Assembly (NCBI GenBank): GCA_017654855.1 | Contig: CM030332.1 | Span: 5,766,001-5,830,000 of the forward strand | Direction: 5' to 3' | Length of the DNA: 64,000 nt | From: Podospora anserina | Lineage: Eukaryota | Part shown: one piece after another, positions 1-12,876 of the stretch | Layout: each line of letters opens with the position of its first letter | Numbering within the stretch: position 1 is the first letter of the stretch | The notes under the pieces: generated by a model | Seen by the model: the letters and a program-made list of their open reading frames with translations, nothing else | What the model was told of the DNA's origin: nothing | Databases searched by the model: none | Translations under genes and position numbers: made by a program

Positions 1-494
1 CATGCTGCCTTCAGACTGCACCATTTCCAACCACCAGTCCTACACGATGCAAAACAACCCGCCAAGCCTCCAACCGATCGGTCAAGAAGCCTTTTGGCAG
101 CTGAGATCCAAAACAAGTTACAACTCCATGCACCGAGGCGTTTTTTACAGCTGATGCCCCGTACTACGGAAGTTAACGCGCGCTAGAACGAGTAACTCGA
201 AGCCTAGAGCGCTCTAGGCCAGGGTTTCTACATCTCGACATCAGTATTGGCCCATAAAAATCGCTTCGACGATGAGCTGAACAATCGAACTAACCGATCT
301 TGGTAGTTCAGCTCCATTCATGATGCATTGTTCGCTGGTTCCCTCTCGATATGTTGCATCAACGTCACTTCTGCAAACCCCCAGACATAGACAATGAGAC
401 GAGATAAATCTCTTCCTAGGGGCCAGTCCCTCTTCCAGCTCACTCGTTCTTCCGTCTCCTTCATCCCAATCTGTTGAGCATATCCCTCTGCATC

Positions 495-1632
495 ATGGGC
501 TTCTTTGACTCAATCGCCAACGCCTTCTCCTGTGATGGCATCGCCACCCGCATCCTCGAAAAGGTGCCCGTCGTCGGCTACGGCGTCGCTGGAGTTCAAG
601 CCCTAGCCGGCAACACAGAACATGCCAAACGAGCCCTTGCCACCAGCACCAACAGTCTAATCACCACGGCCGGTGCCGTCGGTGGTATGGTTGTCGGTGG
701 ACCAGCTGGTGCCATAGCAGGTGGTGCAGCAGCGTCCACCATCGGCTTGGGCACTGAGTACGCCATCAGCACCACCATCAACGACAAGGACGTCAAGGGC
801 GATGTTGGGGAGGTTACCGTGCAGAGAGTTGTGACCGACATGGCCATCGGTGGTGTTTCTGGCTTGATTGGCGGCGGAGCTGGTGCCACTGCTGCAGGCA
901 AGGCAGCAGGTAAAGCCGCGATTGAGGCCACGGCGTCGACGTTGGCCAAGACTGGCTTTGAGGGTGCTGCCAAGGTCATCATCACCAATGTTGGAAAGAG
1001 TGCGGCGGGAGCTGTCACAACTGGTAGTTTGGCATCGCTTGTCCAGGGTGCTAGCAAGTAAGTTTGTGTCTCTTGCGATCTTATTGGTCACACCGCTAAC
1101 TCATGGGCTTAGAAACGTCTTCAACAACACCCCCAACGTCAAGGAACCCGAGCCCAAGCCACCCAAAGTGAGAAAGGTGACGCAGAACCAAGACGCCAGG
1201 GCCAAGGATTTGATCCAGGACCTCAAGGCCTTTGTCCTCCAGTACCCTCTCTACTGGCTCAACGACGCCTACGCGCAAGTCCATCTCTACTGGGATCCCG
1301 TTGTCATTGCCGGCTTGCCTTGGGACCCGGCGAATCAAGCTGTGCAGGGACAGTATCAGGCCTTTCAGCAGAAGAAGACAGGGAACCCAGCGTTGAACGA
1401 GAAGCCGTTACGTCAAAAGATCTATGAGGAGCTCAAGCAGATTGTTGATGACCACAACAATGGAGTACAGCTTGGGGGGAACAAGCAGAAGATTCTGGAC
1501 ATGATTATCAAGAAGGAGCCTGGGGGATTTAATGCAGTTTGGGGTGAGGTTGAGTCGGAGATGAATCTGAGGGATCTGAGGCTGCAGAGCTTCAGCGAGC
1601 TGATGATTTTGGAGGTTGAGTTTATGGATTGA
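495..1632 (+). CDS. Glycine-zipper (Gly/Ala-rich membrane-helix) protein with unrelated charged C-terminal domain; 2 exons
   Basis: ATG at 495. Intron 1058-1112 (GTAAGT...GCTAAC...TAG) joins ORF 474-1061 to the frame of ORF 868-1632 (...ASK-NVFNN). GxxxG-rich segment GAVGGMVVGGPAGAIAGGAAA. Confidence 0.8.
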
Positions 1633-2244
1633 GTGTGGAACGAACGGAGGGATTTGCCTGGCGGGCGGGGTTCAAGGTTTGGGATTGTGTTGGCATATCA
1701 TAATATGTATGATAGAAGCAGATGGAAGAAGGCTGTGGTGTGGTGACTTGCTCGGAAGCTGTTGATTATACGTCCTTTGGGTGTCAATATCTAACTGCAA
1801 ATACACAAGAGAACTAGACTTTCTGGCTCAATAGTGATGACCTTGTAATTCACTTGGGCAGATACCAGAAAGAGGTGCGTCGACATACTCTGAGGTGGAA
1901 GAGGAGTACACCCACTTCAGGTTCGAAGGACACTCTTGGAGAGGGAATGATGGGGCAGCATATTCATGGTTGTGAGGTGTGTGTCAGGAGATTGATGCAA
2001 TCACGCGTGTTTTAACCAGACGTAACTCTTGAAGGAGCTGTCACGGAGTGATGTTTAATGGCCACCTACCTTACACAGATACAAGTCACAGTAGCGTCAG
2101 GGCTGGCTGGGGGTTAGCTTTACAGGGGGATTATGTGCTTTTATGCTCGTACATGAAATGATTGAAAGCTATCCAAGTGACTGTACCAACCCCTTTCAAC
2201 ACAAGTCCATCACCACCTCGAATCCTCTCCATGTCTCTCATCCT

Positions 2245-2635
2245 TCATGGAAACTCGTTATCCATCCAGGTCTTGAAGTTGGCGCACATTTCGTCCGTCC
2301 AGAGGGGGTGCGCCGGGTCTGGGTTCTGCTGAGTCCAGGGGGGCATTTGCTTCGGCATAGACTTGTTCTTCACGCGCACATAGATCTTGGTGGCGTTGCC
2401 GGCCACGTCATCCTTGTTGCTCAGATCGAAGCCACCGGCGTTGAGCATGCAATCCACGTCGCTCGGGAGGAAGTAATCCTTGATGGTGCCTTCCCAGGTA
2501 ACAGGAGCGGCGGTCGCTGTTGGCTCAGCTTGGGGCTCGCTGGTAGGTGTCAGCCATGGTGCTTGTTGATGAGGCGTGCAGATCAGATCGAACTTACACT
2601 GGGGGGTTTGTCTCTGGGTTTGTTTCTGAGGCCAT
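2245..2635 (-). CDS. Small (110 aa) hypothetical protein with a TW..IKDYF...D..CM...DLS...MP...W....F..W motif; 2 exons
   Basis: ATG at 2635 (MASETNPETNPP). Intron 2597-2540 (GTAAGT...GCTGAC...CAG) splices in frame into ORF 2245-2715. Confidence 0.75.
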
Positions 2636-3575
2636 GATGCTTTGGATGAGGGCTTTTTGGAATGATAGCTGTTGATGGGGATGTGTTCTTTGTCTCGGTG
2701 TGTGGAGAGATTCAAGTCTGAGAAATCTGAGAAGCTTCCCTGGTAAAATAGTTGTGGCTGTCTGCACTTTAATCATAAAATGTTGAGATATGTTCATGTT
2801 CCGGAGTCAATGCCCCGAGTATCCTTGCTGGATTAGAGTGAACTGAGGCTGGCTGAGAGAGAATGATCTGAGAACATCACAGCGTGCAGCGAAGGCCTAA
2901 ATTCCTCTGGGCCACTGTTGGCCTGGAAGTTGACGCTAGAAGTTGATGTCGGCACACGATAGTAGAAGCCCACAGAGACTTGATAGGGCGCTGCATGGCA
3001 TAGTGGGCCGGGTGAAACGAAAAAGACATAGCATCTTGTCTTGTGTCTAGCTGAGTGTCGGGACGGGCCACTCCCGTGACTGGTGGGTTGACGGATCCGG
3101 TTTTATCACCAGAGTTTGTGGCAATAGTTATCGGGAGCCGTAAACTGCTTTCGTCAGCGGTAATGCCCCCTCTCTCAGTGGCTGTCGTGAGACAAGCTGA
3201 ACATGCAGGGCCGCCCAATCAGAGCTTGACGGGGCATCATACCGACACCAGCAAAGAGCATCTAGACTGCATGTGCTCAATTTTTGTTAATTGAGCTGGA
3301 TTGAAGCGGGCTTTCTCATCATTGTGATGGCGACATGAATCTACGGAACCAACAAAGTAGGTACCTAAGTACCTATGGTATCCAAAGACAGAGTCTGCTG
3401 AAGGTGGGTATCAAGACTTTGAAGACACGGGAATTCTTGTTCTCCTCAGGGTACACAGTGAAGATCCTAGAGCTTTCCTTTGGGAGATAAGAGCAGCATC
3501 TCCCTCGGTTGACTGCTTTGCTTTTGTCTGTCCTCCATGATCCCTCCACAAGCCTTTTGAAACTCGCCACTCATC

Positions 3576-4050
3576 ATGTCAACCTACGATATCACTGGTA
3601 TCCTGCCTAAAGGCCTCTAGGAAGAGGACAAGAAAAATGTTGTCCGTCAAGTTCCCCTGCGCATGGAGCTGGATGACTGGTGAAACTCGACCGACGTGGT
3701 GCACAAGAACCAGCGCGCGTTGTTCTAACCACTTCTGTCAGATGGACCCCAAGAGAAAATCTCGTTCTTCCAGGTCGCTGGCATTCACGGGCAGCCTTTC
3801 GTTCCCTGGGATGAAAATTAGTCCAAGGTGGCATACAAGGGGATTGGATATTGCACCCACAACAGTATTCTCTTCACCACTTGGCACAGACCCTACTTGC
3901 TGCTCTTTGAGCAAGTCCTTTATGAGCTCATGGAAAAGGCTGCAGCTATTTTTTCGGAGGCCTAGCAGCCGGCTATGCTTCAGGCGCTGGAGTCATGGCG
4001 TTTCCCTTACTGGGACTGGGCAATGAAGATGACTGACGAACAACGTATCG
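3576..4050 (+). pseudogene. Tyrosinase pseudogene (N-terminal CuA region only)
   Basis: Reads MSTYDITGI...VPLRMELDDW, then [37 protein letters not shown] and WRFPYWDWA. In-frame stops at 3618, 3681, 3819 and 3963 plus frameshifts. No CuB region recognised. Confidence 0.9.
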
Positions 4051-4553
4051 GTTCACAAAATGTCTAGGACACATGGATCTTCCCAACCTCTCTTGCATGG
4101 CCCTTGGCCTTCTTACCATGCCTCAGATGTCGTCAGAGCTCGAGAGACTGTCCATCCAGGCCAAGCTTCAGGTATGGCCTTCAACGCCATAGACTTTGTG
4201 AGAAAAATATCAAGATGGTGGAGGGCTGGAAGCAGGGGAAGAAGTAAGGCCCCCAACACCATGGATTAACTGTAGATAGTTCGGATATATATCCCCACTT
4301 TGCCGAGATATCGGCTTGGAAAATCAATTTTGCCTCGTCTCGGTGAGACGGTGAGATCGAGCCGAGCTGAGGATGCCTTTGAGCGAGCCAGGCCGTCAAT
4401 TCAGGGAGACAAGCCGAGCCAGACCCCCGGCTGGGTCCATCTCATCTCATTGCCCACCCTGGTGGTGCCGACACATTACGCCAGTCTCCACTCCATTGGC
4501 AAGTTCCCCGGAAGCAAAGAAAAACAATGAGATAACTGCTATTCCATCATCGT

Positions 4554-5400
4554 CTAATAATATATAGAATCCCAGAAACATGAGCCCTGATTCACTCGTT
4601 TGAACGAGCCTCTTCTTTTTTTCCATGCATTCCCAGTGATCTTTGCACTTGCCCTACGAACCCAGCCACTGCGCCGAACTCCATCAACAGCAGCGTTTGA
4701 TGCCTCGTCTACCTTGGGGACCAAACTCTCCCTGACCCTAGCCCTACCCCGTTGTGGAGGATTGCTTCCCCCTTCGGTATACATTGTCGATTTTCTTTGC
4801 GAGCCTGCCCGCCAGAACTTCTTTCCCCCGCGCTCTCGCCTCATCTTCAAGGTCCAGGAAACGATTGATAAGTCGGTGATCCAGGATGCGCTCCTCCTTG
4901 TCGTTCCTGCTCGCCGGCTGGGTCTTGGGCCAGACGTAGCCGTACAGCTTGGAATGACGCTCGCATCGGGGGCAGTTGGCTCTGGTAAAGTAGGCGTCTT
5001 TTTGGACAAATGCTGGATGACTGGAAACTCGTGCGACCTTTGAGGTACTGGGGAGACGGCCTCCGGAAGTTGCTGCACATAGATTTCAGCCGTGGACTGG
5101 TCGTTCTTCAGAATTTCAATCGCCTGCTTGATGAGTGTTGGGTTGGGTGAAAGAATGAGCCCATCTGCCAAGTCTGAAGCGGGTGTCGTGACATGAGTGA
5201 GATCTGCACTCCCAGCTTCGGATGCAAGGAGGGCTGCGTAAAAGTTCCGATTCCGAGCTGCCTCTTGAAATTGGCGAACCGATTATTGTAGGTCCCAAGT
5301 CAAAATGCATATCTTTGAGTCGCTTCGCCTGGGTAATGGGCGGCGGGGTGGCGATGGCTCCCGCAAGTCTTTTTCGAACCTGGCCCGACTGCACTCTGTT
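4554..5400 (-). CDS. Hypothetical protein or remnant (overlapping ORFs 5116-5394 and 4554-5171)
   Basis: Two protein-like ORFs in different frames that may be joined by an intron or frameshift. No motif recognised. Confidence 0.3.
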
Positions 5401-7310
5401 GTAGCCCGTGATTAGACAACTCAGTATTCCTGCGTCTGAATTTCTGTCCTTTTTGCTTCAAACAAATGCTTTTCCGAGCTATGTAAGCAAATACAGCCAT
5501 GTTGCGAGAGCTCCCGGGCGAGCAGCTGCCCGAAGCCATCACCGAGCTTTCAACCCATTATCTCTTTCAGAGGTTCGGATCAGAGGTTCGTCACACTGCC
5601 CAATGTTTGGAAAGTGAAACAAGCAACACGCTATTGGCGGTAACAGCAGCTTACTACTCACAAGTTGAAGAGTACGGATCGAACCAGAGCAACTAGCTGC
5701 TAACTCAACAAAACGAAGACAGCGCGGAGGAAAAAGGTGCGCCCGTAGCAGTCGCCCCAACAGCGCCGGAGAACTCCTATGTGCAGGGACCCCTCGAAAG
5801 TGTACCAGGAAAGGGAGCAGAGGAAGCAGCCGGGGCTGGAAGGTCTGATCAGTTAAAGTCCCCAGAACCCTTGAGCGTCCTCCTGACGCCTTGCCATACA
5901 CCACCTCACGCAGCGTTGTTGATCGGGACACCAACCCTAGGCATCAAACTATCTAAATGGTAGCCCAGGATACTTCAGAAGCCGGATACAACTTCAGAAG
6001 AATACGAAACCGCCACGGGCCATGGGAGGCATCCTTATTGACCGGAAGACAAGCTATCGGGCAAAACTGCTCGCGATCCTTGTCCCTGGGACTGGTGGCT
6101 CTGCCTGCCACTTGTGTTAATCAAATTGATCAGACCTATCGTAACTTGCCTCGATTATCTACCTCCTGTGACAGCCTGGTTCTCGTGGACGCATTCCAGG
6201 TTGTTGTGTGGGTAGCCACAACTGGCTCCACAGGGAGCTTGGATCAACCTGGGCTGGTTTGTTTGGACTTGTAGGATTTCTCGGTTTGACTTTTCCATAC
6301 CTAATATCAATCAGCACTTTTATACCAACACAGGGTGCTTCTCCTGAGGATCACCTCTACCCCCCCGGTTGTGAGTATACATGCCCCGCCCAAGCTTGAT
6401 GCCTGGTGCTCCAATGATGCAGATATGTATGGTGGTGGTCTCATGCTCTTTCTTTTGGTTTCTTTGGGGTTGGTCTTGTTCCCAACCAGGTTTCTGTCCA
6501 GTGATAGGGTTTACTTGGTGCTTGCCTGGCCAGTCGGCCTTTGCCTTCCGATCCAACCCTGATAAGTACACACCTACTTATGAATTATGAATAAATAAAA
6601 TGACTTTTACGGCCGACATGTCCTTATGATACTCACAGTTACTGCATCTTATCTCTGTTGGGCAACAGCCTTTTGGTCCAAATGAGGGAGAGCCATACCC
6701 AGAACCACAACTCTACACTGGGCTCAATTTTGAAACCGAAAACCCGCAAGATCCGAACAAGGAGAGAAGTTGGTGACTCTCCCGAGGAGAATCGAGTGTT
6801 ATCGACTCCTCGCTCTAGACCACCTCAGCCGGGAGGACCTCCCCAAATTGTCACGAGCACAATGTGACCAGACCCAATATCACCCAGCTCCTTGATAGTG
6901 CGACACGCCGACAATCGGATTCCGACTCATGCATGGCCGGACGCGAGGTCTAGAATTGGGTAGAGTCCAATTCCGTTTCCAATAGTTAAGGATTCTGCTA
7001 CAGCTACGCTAACCGTTCCGGCCTTGGCCGCCCGTTCTGGCTGGCTGAATGTACGGCGGGAGCAGAGCTGACAAACGCACATGGCTAGCTCACCGGGTTC
7101 AGCTGGTTGCTTGGGTCATGGCTGACCCCCTTGATGGGCGCGTAAGTCAACACCGTCGACATGCACGGTGCGCCTCAGGGACATGGAGATATCAGAGGCG
7201 ATATGAAATGACCAGCCACATTCTTTTATATGATTTCTCGCCCGGCTCCCGCTGTCACGATTGAGCTCTCAGCAAGATCACAACATTGAACGCAGCACAA
7301 CTTGACCACA

Positions 7311-9339
7311 ATGGGGAGTTTTTGGGTGCTTGTCGCCCGTCTTCTTGGGGTCACGACTCTATCAACCTATGAGGGACTGGACCGCTCTCAATCACCTTTG
7401 CAGCTCACAGATTCACATTCGCACGTTGAGACCAGCTTGGTACCTACCGCAGCCAAAGATCCTCTCCACTTCAGACCACCAGGCCACCGACAAGACAAAG
7501 GTAATGGTTTCGACTTCAAATGCGACTACCGCAAGATGGTAGGATGGGAAAAATGCTCGACTCCTGAAGATCGCTCATGCTGGCTCGTCAACAAGAAGAC
7601 AGGAGAAAGATTCGACATCAACAGCGACTATGAGAATTATTATCCAACCGGTAAAACACGCGAGTACTTCATCACTGTCGACAAGTCGAACATCACCGCC
7701 GACGGCTACACATTTTATGGAGCGACAGTCTTCAATGAAACTTACCCAGGGCCTTGGATCCAAGCATGCTAGGGCGATACTGTCAAGGTCCATGTCCGTA
7801 ATCTCAATCCGGACCGCGGCACCAGCATTCATTGGCACGGCATTAGGCAGCTCAACACCATGCACATGGACGGTGTGAATGGAATCACCCAGTGCCCCAT
7901 CGCACCAGGGAGCACTTTCACCTATGAGTGGAAGGTGATGCAATATGGCTCCTCATGGCCCGAGCAGCGCCCCCTATGATGAGGCGGCAGACATCCCGCT
8001 CCTGATGACAGACTGGAGACATGGCAGCCTATTTCCAGTTGGAAACATGCTCAAGGAAAGATGGATCCAGAGCATCTTGCTGAACGGGATCGGGAACGTG
8101 ACCAAATTTGGGGCAAGGAAAGTTCAAAACACGAGTAAGATTCCGAAACCTTACACTCTTACGTTCACAGCGGACAAAGTGTATGAGGATGAGCCGTCCG
8201 AGCTCGAGGTTCCGAACTCACGTCCCAAACGATACCTGCTGCGACTCATCAACACCTCGATTGGATCCACCTTTATCTTCTCCATCGACAACCACCTGCT
8301 TTCCATTGTCAGTGCTGACTTTGTTCCCATTTACCCCTACCTCAACTCGTCGATTCTGGTTGGAATCGGTCAACGATACAATGTTATTGTCGAAGCAAAT
8401 CCAAGGAACAACACCAAACAGCCCCTTGACAGCAACGGAAACTACTGGATCAGAACGTGGGTCACCCCGGACTGCGGTGCTGGTGTGGCCATCAACAAGG
8501 ACAGCAAGGAGACATACATGCAAACGGGAATTCTGCGTTACAACAAGAGCAGTACGGAGGATCCAGAATCAAAACCATGGGCAGATATTTCCATGGCCTG
8601 CTCGGATGAGACTGCCACCAGCTTGAGGCCCGTGCTGCCCTGGGTTGTTGAGGATCCGATCAATGTCATGTCAACAGAAAGCAAGATTCAGCACATGGCC
8701 GTGATCAGCGGCCCACCGGCTGATCCGATTCCGAGTTTCCCCCAGGCCTCCTATTCTTTCAGAAACGTATCAGGGGGTATCAATGGCCCCAATCCACTCC
8801 AGATCAACTTCAGCGACCCAGTGTTCCTCAACCTGGACAACGACGAGCCATTCAAGAACAAGCTCTGGGAAATCTACCCCGAAGGCCGCCCCAACCAAAC
8901 CGACTGGGTATGGCTAGCCATCACCGTGGACTATTCTCCTTATGGAGATGCCAGTGCCCATCCGATCCACCTGCACGGACATGACTTTGCCATCCTCCAA
9001 CAGGCCGAAAAAACCACCTACGTCCCTGAGAACATCCATCTGAACCTCATCAACCCGCCTCGTCGTGATGTGGTGCTGATGCCTAAGAGCGGCTTCATTA
9101 TCATTGCCTTCAAGGCTGACAACCCGGGCGCGTGGCTCCTTCATTGCCATATCGCCAGTCATGCCTCCCAAGGTCTGGCCCTGCAGATTCTGGAACGTCA
9201 GGCCGATGCTGCTGCCATGTGGCCGAAGGCGAGTCCCGCTGCGCAGACTGCCGCTACGCTGTGCAGCAGTTGGGACTCTTGGGTTGCTGCGTCTTACACG
9301 TCCACGCCGACGCCTTTGCCTGATGATTCCGGAATTTGA
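7311..9339 (+). pseudogene. Secreted multicopper oxidase (laccase-like, AA1) pseudogene
   Basis: Signal-peptide-like start. L1 (HWHG...DG...TQCPI), L3 (HPIHLHGH) and L4 (WLLHCHIASH) are present. TAG at 7770 replaces the W of WIQAC-W-GD. L2 (WYHSH) is deleted with a frameshift at about 7953-7958. Confidence 0.92.
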
Positions 9340-10266
9340 TCCACCATCTATCAACATACGGATCAAGAAGTCAAGGTTGGAAATTATTTTGGATTGTTCG
9401 TCAGTAACTTAGGTCTCTTCTGTGTATGATTAGCAACAGGATCAGTGACTTCGTTGGCAATTTTAATACGTGGTTTTTTCTGCAATTTGTCTTCATTCGG
9501 GGAGCGGTGGGCTGTTTCTGGTAATTGCGCAATTACAGTTTTGACAAACAGGTTGGGGTATATGAATGAAGAGTTGGACTGTAGTGGTTTGAGTATTCCG
9601 CAGTTAATCCCTATATGTCTAGGTTACGAGAAGTCACCTGCAGTGTCGGCCGGCACCGCCTAGGTTCGAATCCACAGAAAAGCTTTTCCTTCTTCTTTTT
9701 TGTTATCGGAGTTTCCGAGTTGAAGCAGCAAGCTGTTTCAACCAAGACCGGTAGATGCACAGCCGTTTAGATGAACAGAAATCCGAGATCATAACATTGA
9801 CTGGAAGAATGGGTAGGTGTTTGTTTGTTTTACCTTCACCTGCCCGCTGCTTGCTGTGTGGGTTTTGCATCATCTGATCAGCTGCATTGCCATTTCGTCA
9901 GCTTCCTGCAGCCTCATTGCAAGCATTTCATTTCAGCCATGCCAAACAAACTGTGCATGGGCCATAAGAGAGTCAAACAGCTGCAGCTCACCTCACAATA
10001 ACGCAGCAAATCTTTCAAAAGTGACGGTCTTTGTCCGAGTCGAAGTGGGGTTTGGGTGGTCGGATCGCGTCCAGACCCCATGCATTTCGCGCCCGTGACG
10101 TTGCGAAGAGGGTCAGCATGACGACACATTCACAATGATGAAGGGGGGAAATGGAGGGGATATTAAAATGAACTTTCAGTGGTAAGGTCGCCTTATGTTC
10201 CTTCATCGTTCGAACTCATCTTCCACCCACCTCTGCAGACGAAACCTCCATCCATCAACCAACACA

Positions 10267-10718
10267 ATGAGCAGCCACCGCGAGAAAGCCCCCCAGAAGA
10301 AGGGTTCCACTCAGCCTCACAAGCACCACGAGCATCATGAGACAGGGTATACAGATGAAGCGGCTGTCGAGTGTCACGATTTGATTGATCGTGCCGAGGA
10401 AGAGGCCCACGTATGTTCTTGGCTCTTTTGTTAGAATCCGAGACATGGCTAACAGCAGCCCCAAAGCTCCACGAGCCCGGATCCATGTACGAGCCAACAA
10501 CTCACCCCGAGAAGGTCCACCTGGCGAATACTAGCTCTTCGGGAAAGAAGAGCTCCTCGTCAAGCATGCCGTCCTCGGGCAGCAAATCGAAGAAGTCCGG
10601 TTTGGAAGGATCCAGCAGCAGCACAAAGGAGAGCATGAAAGAAGGCATGGGGTCGATGAAGGAGGGTATGGGCTCCATGAAGGATACCATGAAGGATGCC
10701 ATGGGCATGAAGAAATAG
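10267..10718 (+). CDS. Small hydrophilic (hydrophilin/LEA-like) protein with MKEGMGS repeats; 2 exons
   Basis: ATG at 10267. Intron 10411-10466 (GTATGT...GCTAAC...AAG) gives an in-frame join. Ser/Lys/Met/His-rich, low complexity. Confidence 0.65.
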
Positions 10719-10866
10719 ATTGGGCACATTCCATTCACACGGGAACTTGCGGAGGTTTGGACATGGTCAAAGTGAATTACCCAATGCCAATCGAATCTAT
10801 TCCCTCTTGCTGTTATCAATTTATGAAGACACTTGTCATACCTGCTCACGTAATCTACACCATTCA

Positions 10867-12876
10867 CTATACCAATGTGAGGGTCGTTTTGTAGTTTTCG
10901 TCTGTGATCTCAGCAAGAAAATCGTCAAAATTCCAAAACTCGAGCTCCTCCTCTTCCTCCTCAGAATCGGGCTGTGGGTCAGATTCGGTGACCCTCACGG
11001 ACCCAATTCTTTCCCACGTCTTTAGGTCACTTGGACACTGTGCCAGAATGAGAAACTCAATAGCCCTGTTTGCTTCATCCACACCCAAGCAGAGCGCTAG
11101 CACAGTCACCTGAGGTCTGAACTCCTCCTCTCCTGGCATCTCCCCTTCTCTGGCTCGCTGGATAGACCACTGCACTTCCCCGTCTGCGTCCACAATCTGA
11201 ACTCTGACAAGCTTGGTGTCGTGACGAACCATGGCGTACCTCCTGGCAATTCTGATGCTGCTCTTGATTCTGACGTCATATTCGAATCCCTCCGCGGTGT
11301 CATCACTGTCCATCAGGGTGGCCGAATGCACATAACCACTGACGGTCAAACTGGCAGCGTTGATCTCCCCAAGGGGATCTTGACCTTTCGGCTCGACAGA
11401 GTACTCCAGCACCTCGACATATCCAGTTAGATAGTCTTCGGGGTCCATGGATATTGGAGAATCTAGAGAAGCCCAGGAGAAAGAGGGCGCTCTGTAGGTG
11501 TCGGGACACGCCCAGACATCGTTCACTTCGCGAGCTACCCAGTTCAGGCTGCGTGTCAGATCTTTTATCCAGATCCCACCAACGTAAGTGGCACCAGTGG
11601 TGTTCTGGATTTCACGGGCCAGACCTGCGATCGCGGGCAGCTTGTCCTTCTGATAGGTGAGACCTCTGCGGCTATAGCCGGAGATCATTTCAGCCCAGAA
11701 AGCAAACGCATCGTCTTGCATGGTGAGGGTGGGAGGTCGGGGACGTAGGCTGCCTCCACTGTCGGGATCAAGTGGTCCGCACTGGCAACCCATGGTGGTC
11801 TTGCAGAGCCATTGTACCTCCCTGCTGGAAAAGCCTATGAACCGGCGAGAGAGTACCTGCTCCTGAAAGCACCATCCTCTTGTTTGCACTGGATCCAAGA
11901 AGTCATCAAAGCTGCCGACACCCGGCCACGGGTTATCGCGGTCCAGACTCTGGGGATGCAAGCCACTTTTTACTCCCTCTTTCCCAACCAGCAGAAACGT
12001 CTCACCATCCTCACCAGCCAACTCCCGGGTCACCACCTGTGGATTTCTTTTCAAGTGAAGAAACCCCTCCGTCACCGTAGACGCAGACAAGGCAGCGAGA
12101 GTAACCCGTGCATTCCCGTACACCTCTGCCATCCTGCCAGCTTCTTGCTCCCACTCAGCTGTGTCGTCTTGGATGATGCAGATTGCATCAATCCAGATGT
12201 GCTCCATCCCTAACTGGCGTGTGACATCTATAGCGTCTTGGAGTGTCTGCGGCAGGGTTTCAAGGTCAAACCCTTCTCTCAACTCGTCGATGTTGTCTAG
12301 GGTGGTTCTGAAGAGACCGTCCGAGCCCCAGCAGTAGCTTAAAGCGATGTATTCAACGTCGCCAATGTCGTCACTGTCCACGAGTTGGAGCTGATCAGCA
12401 CCTTCGGCGCAGTAGATGAGGCGTGTTGGCTGAAGATCTGAGGTGCGGTGGGAACATTCAGGGTGGTTTTCTTCACACTCTTCAAGACATCTTCTTGTGA
12501 ATTCGATTGGATCCTCGGGGGTGAGTCCTGGCTGGTCATGACCTTCATCAGGATCGTAGTCTACAAAGATATTATTAGAATTAGACAATTGTTTGTTTGA
12601 TGAGGAAGAGCAAATGGGAGATATACCGAGCTTGACATAAACCTGCAGGGCATACCCGCCGGAGAAGTCGAAATAGAACCGGTTCTGTCTTTCATCTAGA
12701 CGCACCCATGCTTCAAGGTCGTCGGTTGAGCCTAGATCAGGGTGAATTGATGTCGCGGTGCTACAAATAAACTGACAAATCTCGCAGTCTGTGTCAGATT
12801 CCCAGACCCATCTGTATTGGCTACCGGGAGAGAACTCTGGGTCCTCTGGGATGAGGTTGCGGCAGCTGTCGCACAT
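10867..12876 (-). CDS. HET (heterokaryon incompatibility) domain protein
   Basis: PTRLI, YIALSYCWG, LPQTLQDAI.VTR.LG...IWIDAICIIQDD..EW..E...M..VY.NA, TRGWCFQE..LSRR, DKLPAIAGLA and RAPSFSWAS. Likely ATG at 12876 and an in-frame 66-nt intron at 12626-12561. Confidence 0.93.
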   Translation of the reverse strand: MCDSCRNLIPEDPEFSPGSQYRWVWESDTDCEICQFICSTATSIHPDLGSTDDLEAWVRLDERQNRFYFDFSGGYALQVYVKLGISPICSSSSNKQLSNSNNIFVDYDPDEGHDQPGLTPEDPIEFTRRCLEECEENHPECSHRTSDLQPTRLIYCAEGADQLQLVDSDDIGDVEYIALSYCWGSDGLFRTTLDNIDELREGFDLETLPQTLQDAIDVTRQLGMEHIWIDAICIIQDDTAEWEQEAGRMAEVYGNARVTLAALSASTVTEGFLHLKRNPQVVTRELAGEDGETFLLVGKEGVKSGLHPQSLDRDNPWPGVGSFDDFLDPVQTRGWCFQEQVLSRRFIGFSSREVQWLCKTTMGCQCGPLDPDSGGSLRPRPPTLTMQDDAFAFWAEMISGYSRRGLTYQKDKLPAIAGLAREIQNTTGATYVGGIWIKDLTRSLNWVAREVNDVWACPDTYRAPSFSWASLDSPISMDPEDYLTGYVEVLEYSVEPKGQDPLGEINAASLTVSGYVHSATLMDSDDTAEGFEYDVRIKSSIRIARRYAMVRHDTKLVRVQIVDADGEVQWSIQRAREGEMPGEEEFRPQVTVLALCLGVDEANRAIEFLILAQCPSDLKTWERIGSVRVTESDPQPDSEEEEEELEFWNFDDFLAEITDENYKTTLTLV

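Noticed and set aside
596-1091. Antisense ORFs over the glycine-zipper gene (and similar shadows over the SNF2, laccase and C2H2 genes)
   Set aside because: Shadow ORFs caused by the codon bias of the sense gene.
5957-6590. Possible membrane-protein remnant
   Set aside because: Hydrophobic fragments in several frames but no family I can name.
7945-9339. 464-aa ORF as a standalone functional laccase
   Set aside because: It is the out-of-frame distal part of a pseudogene and lacks the signal peptide, L1 and L2.
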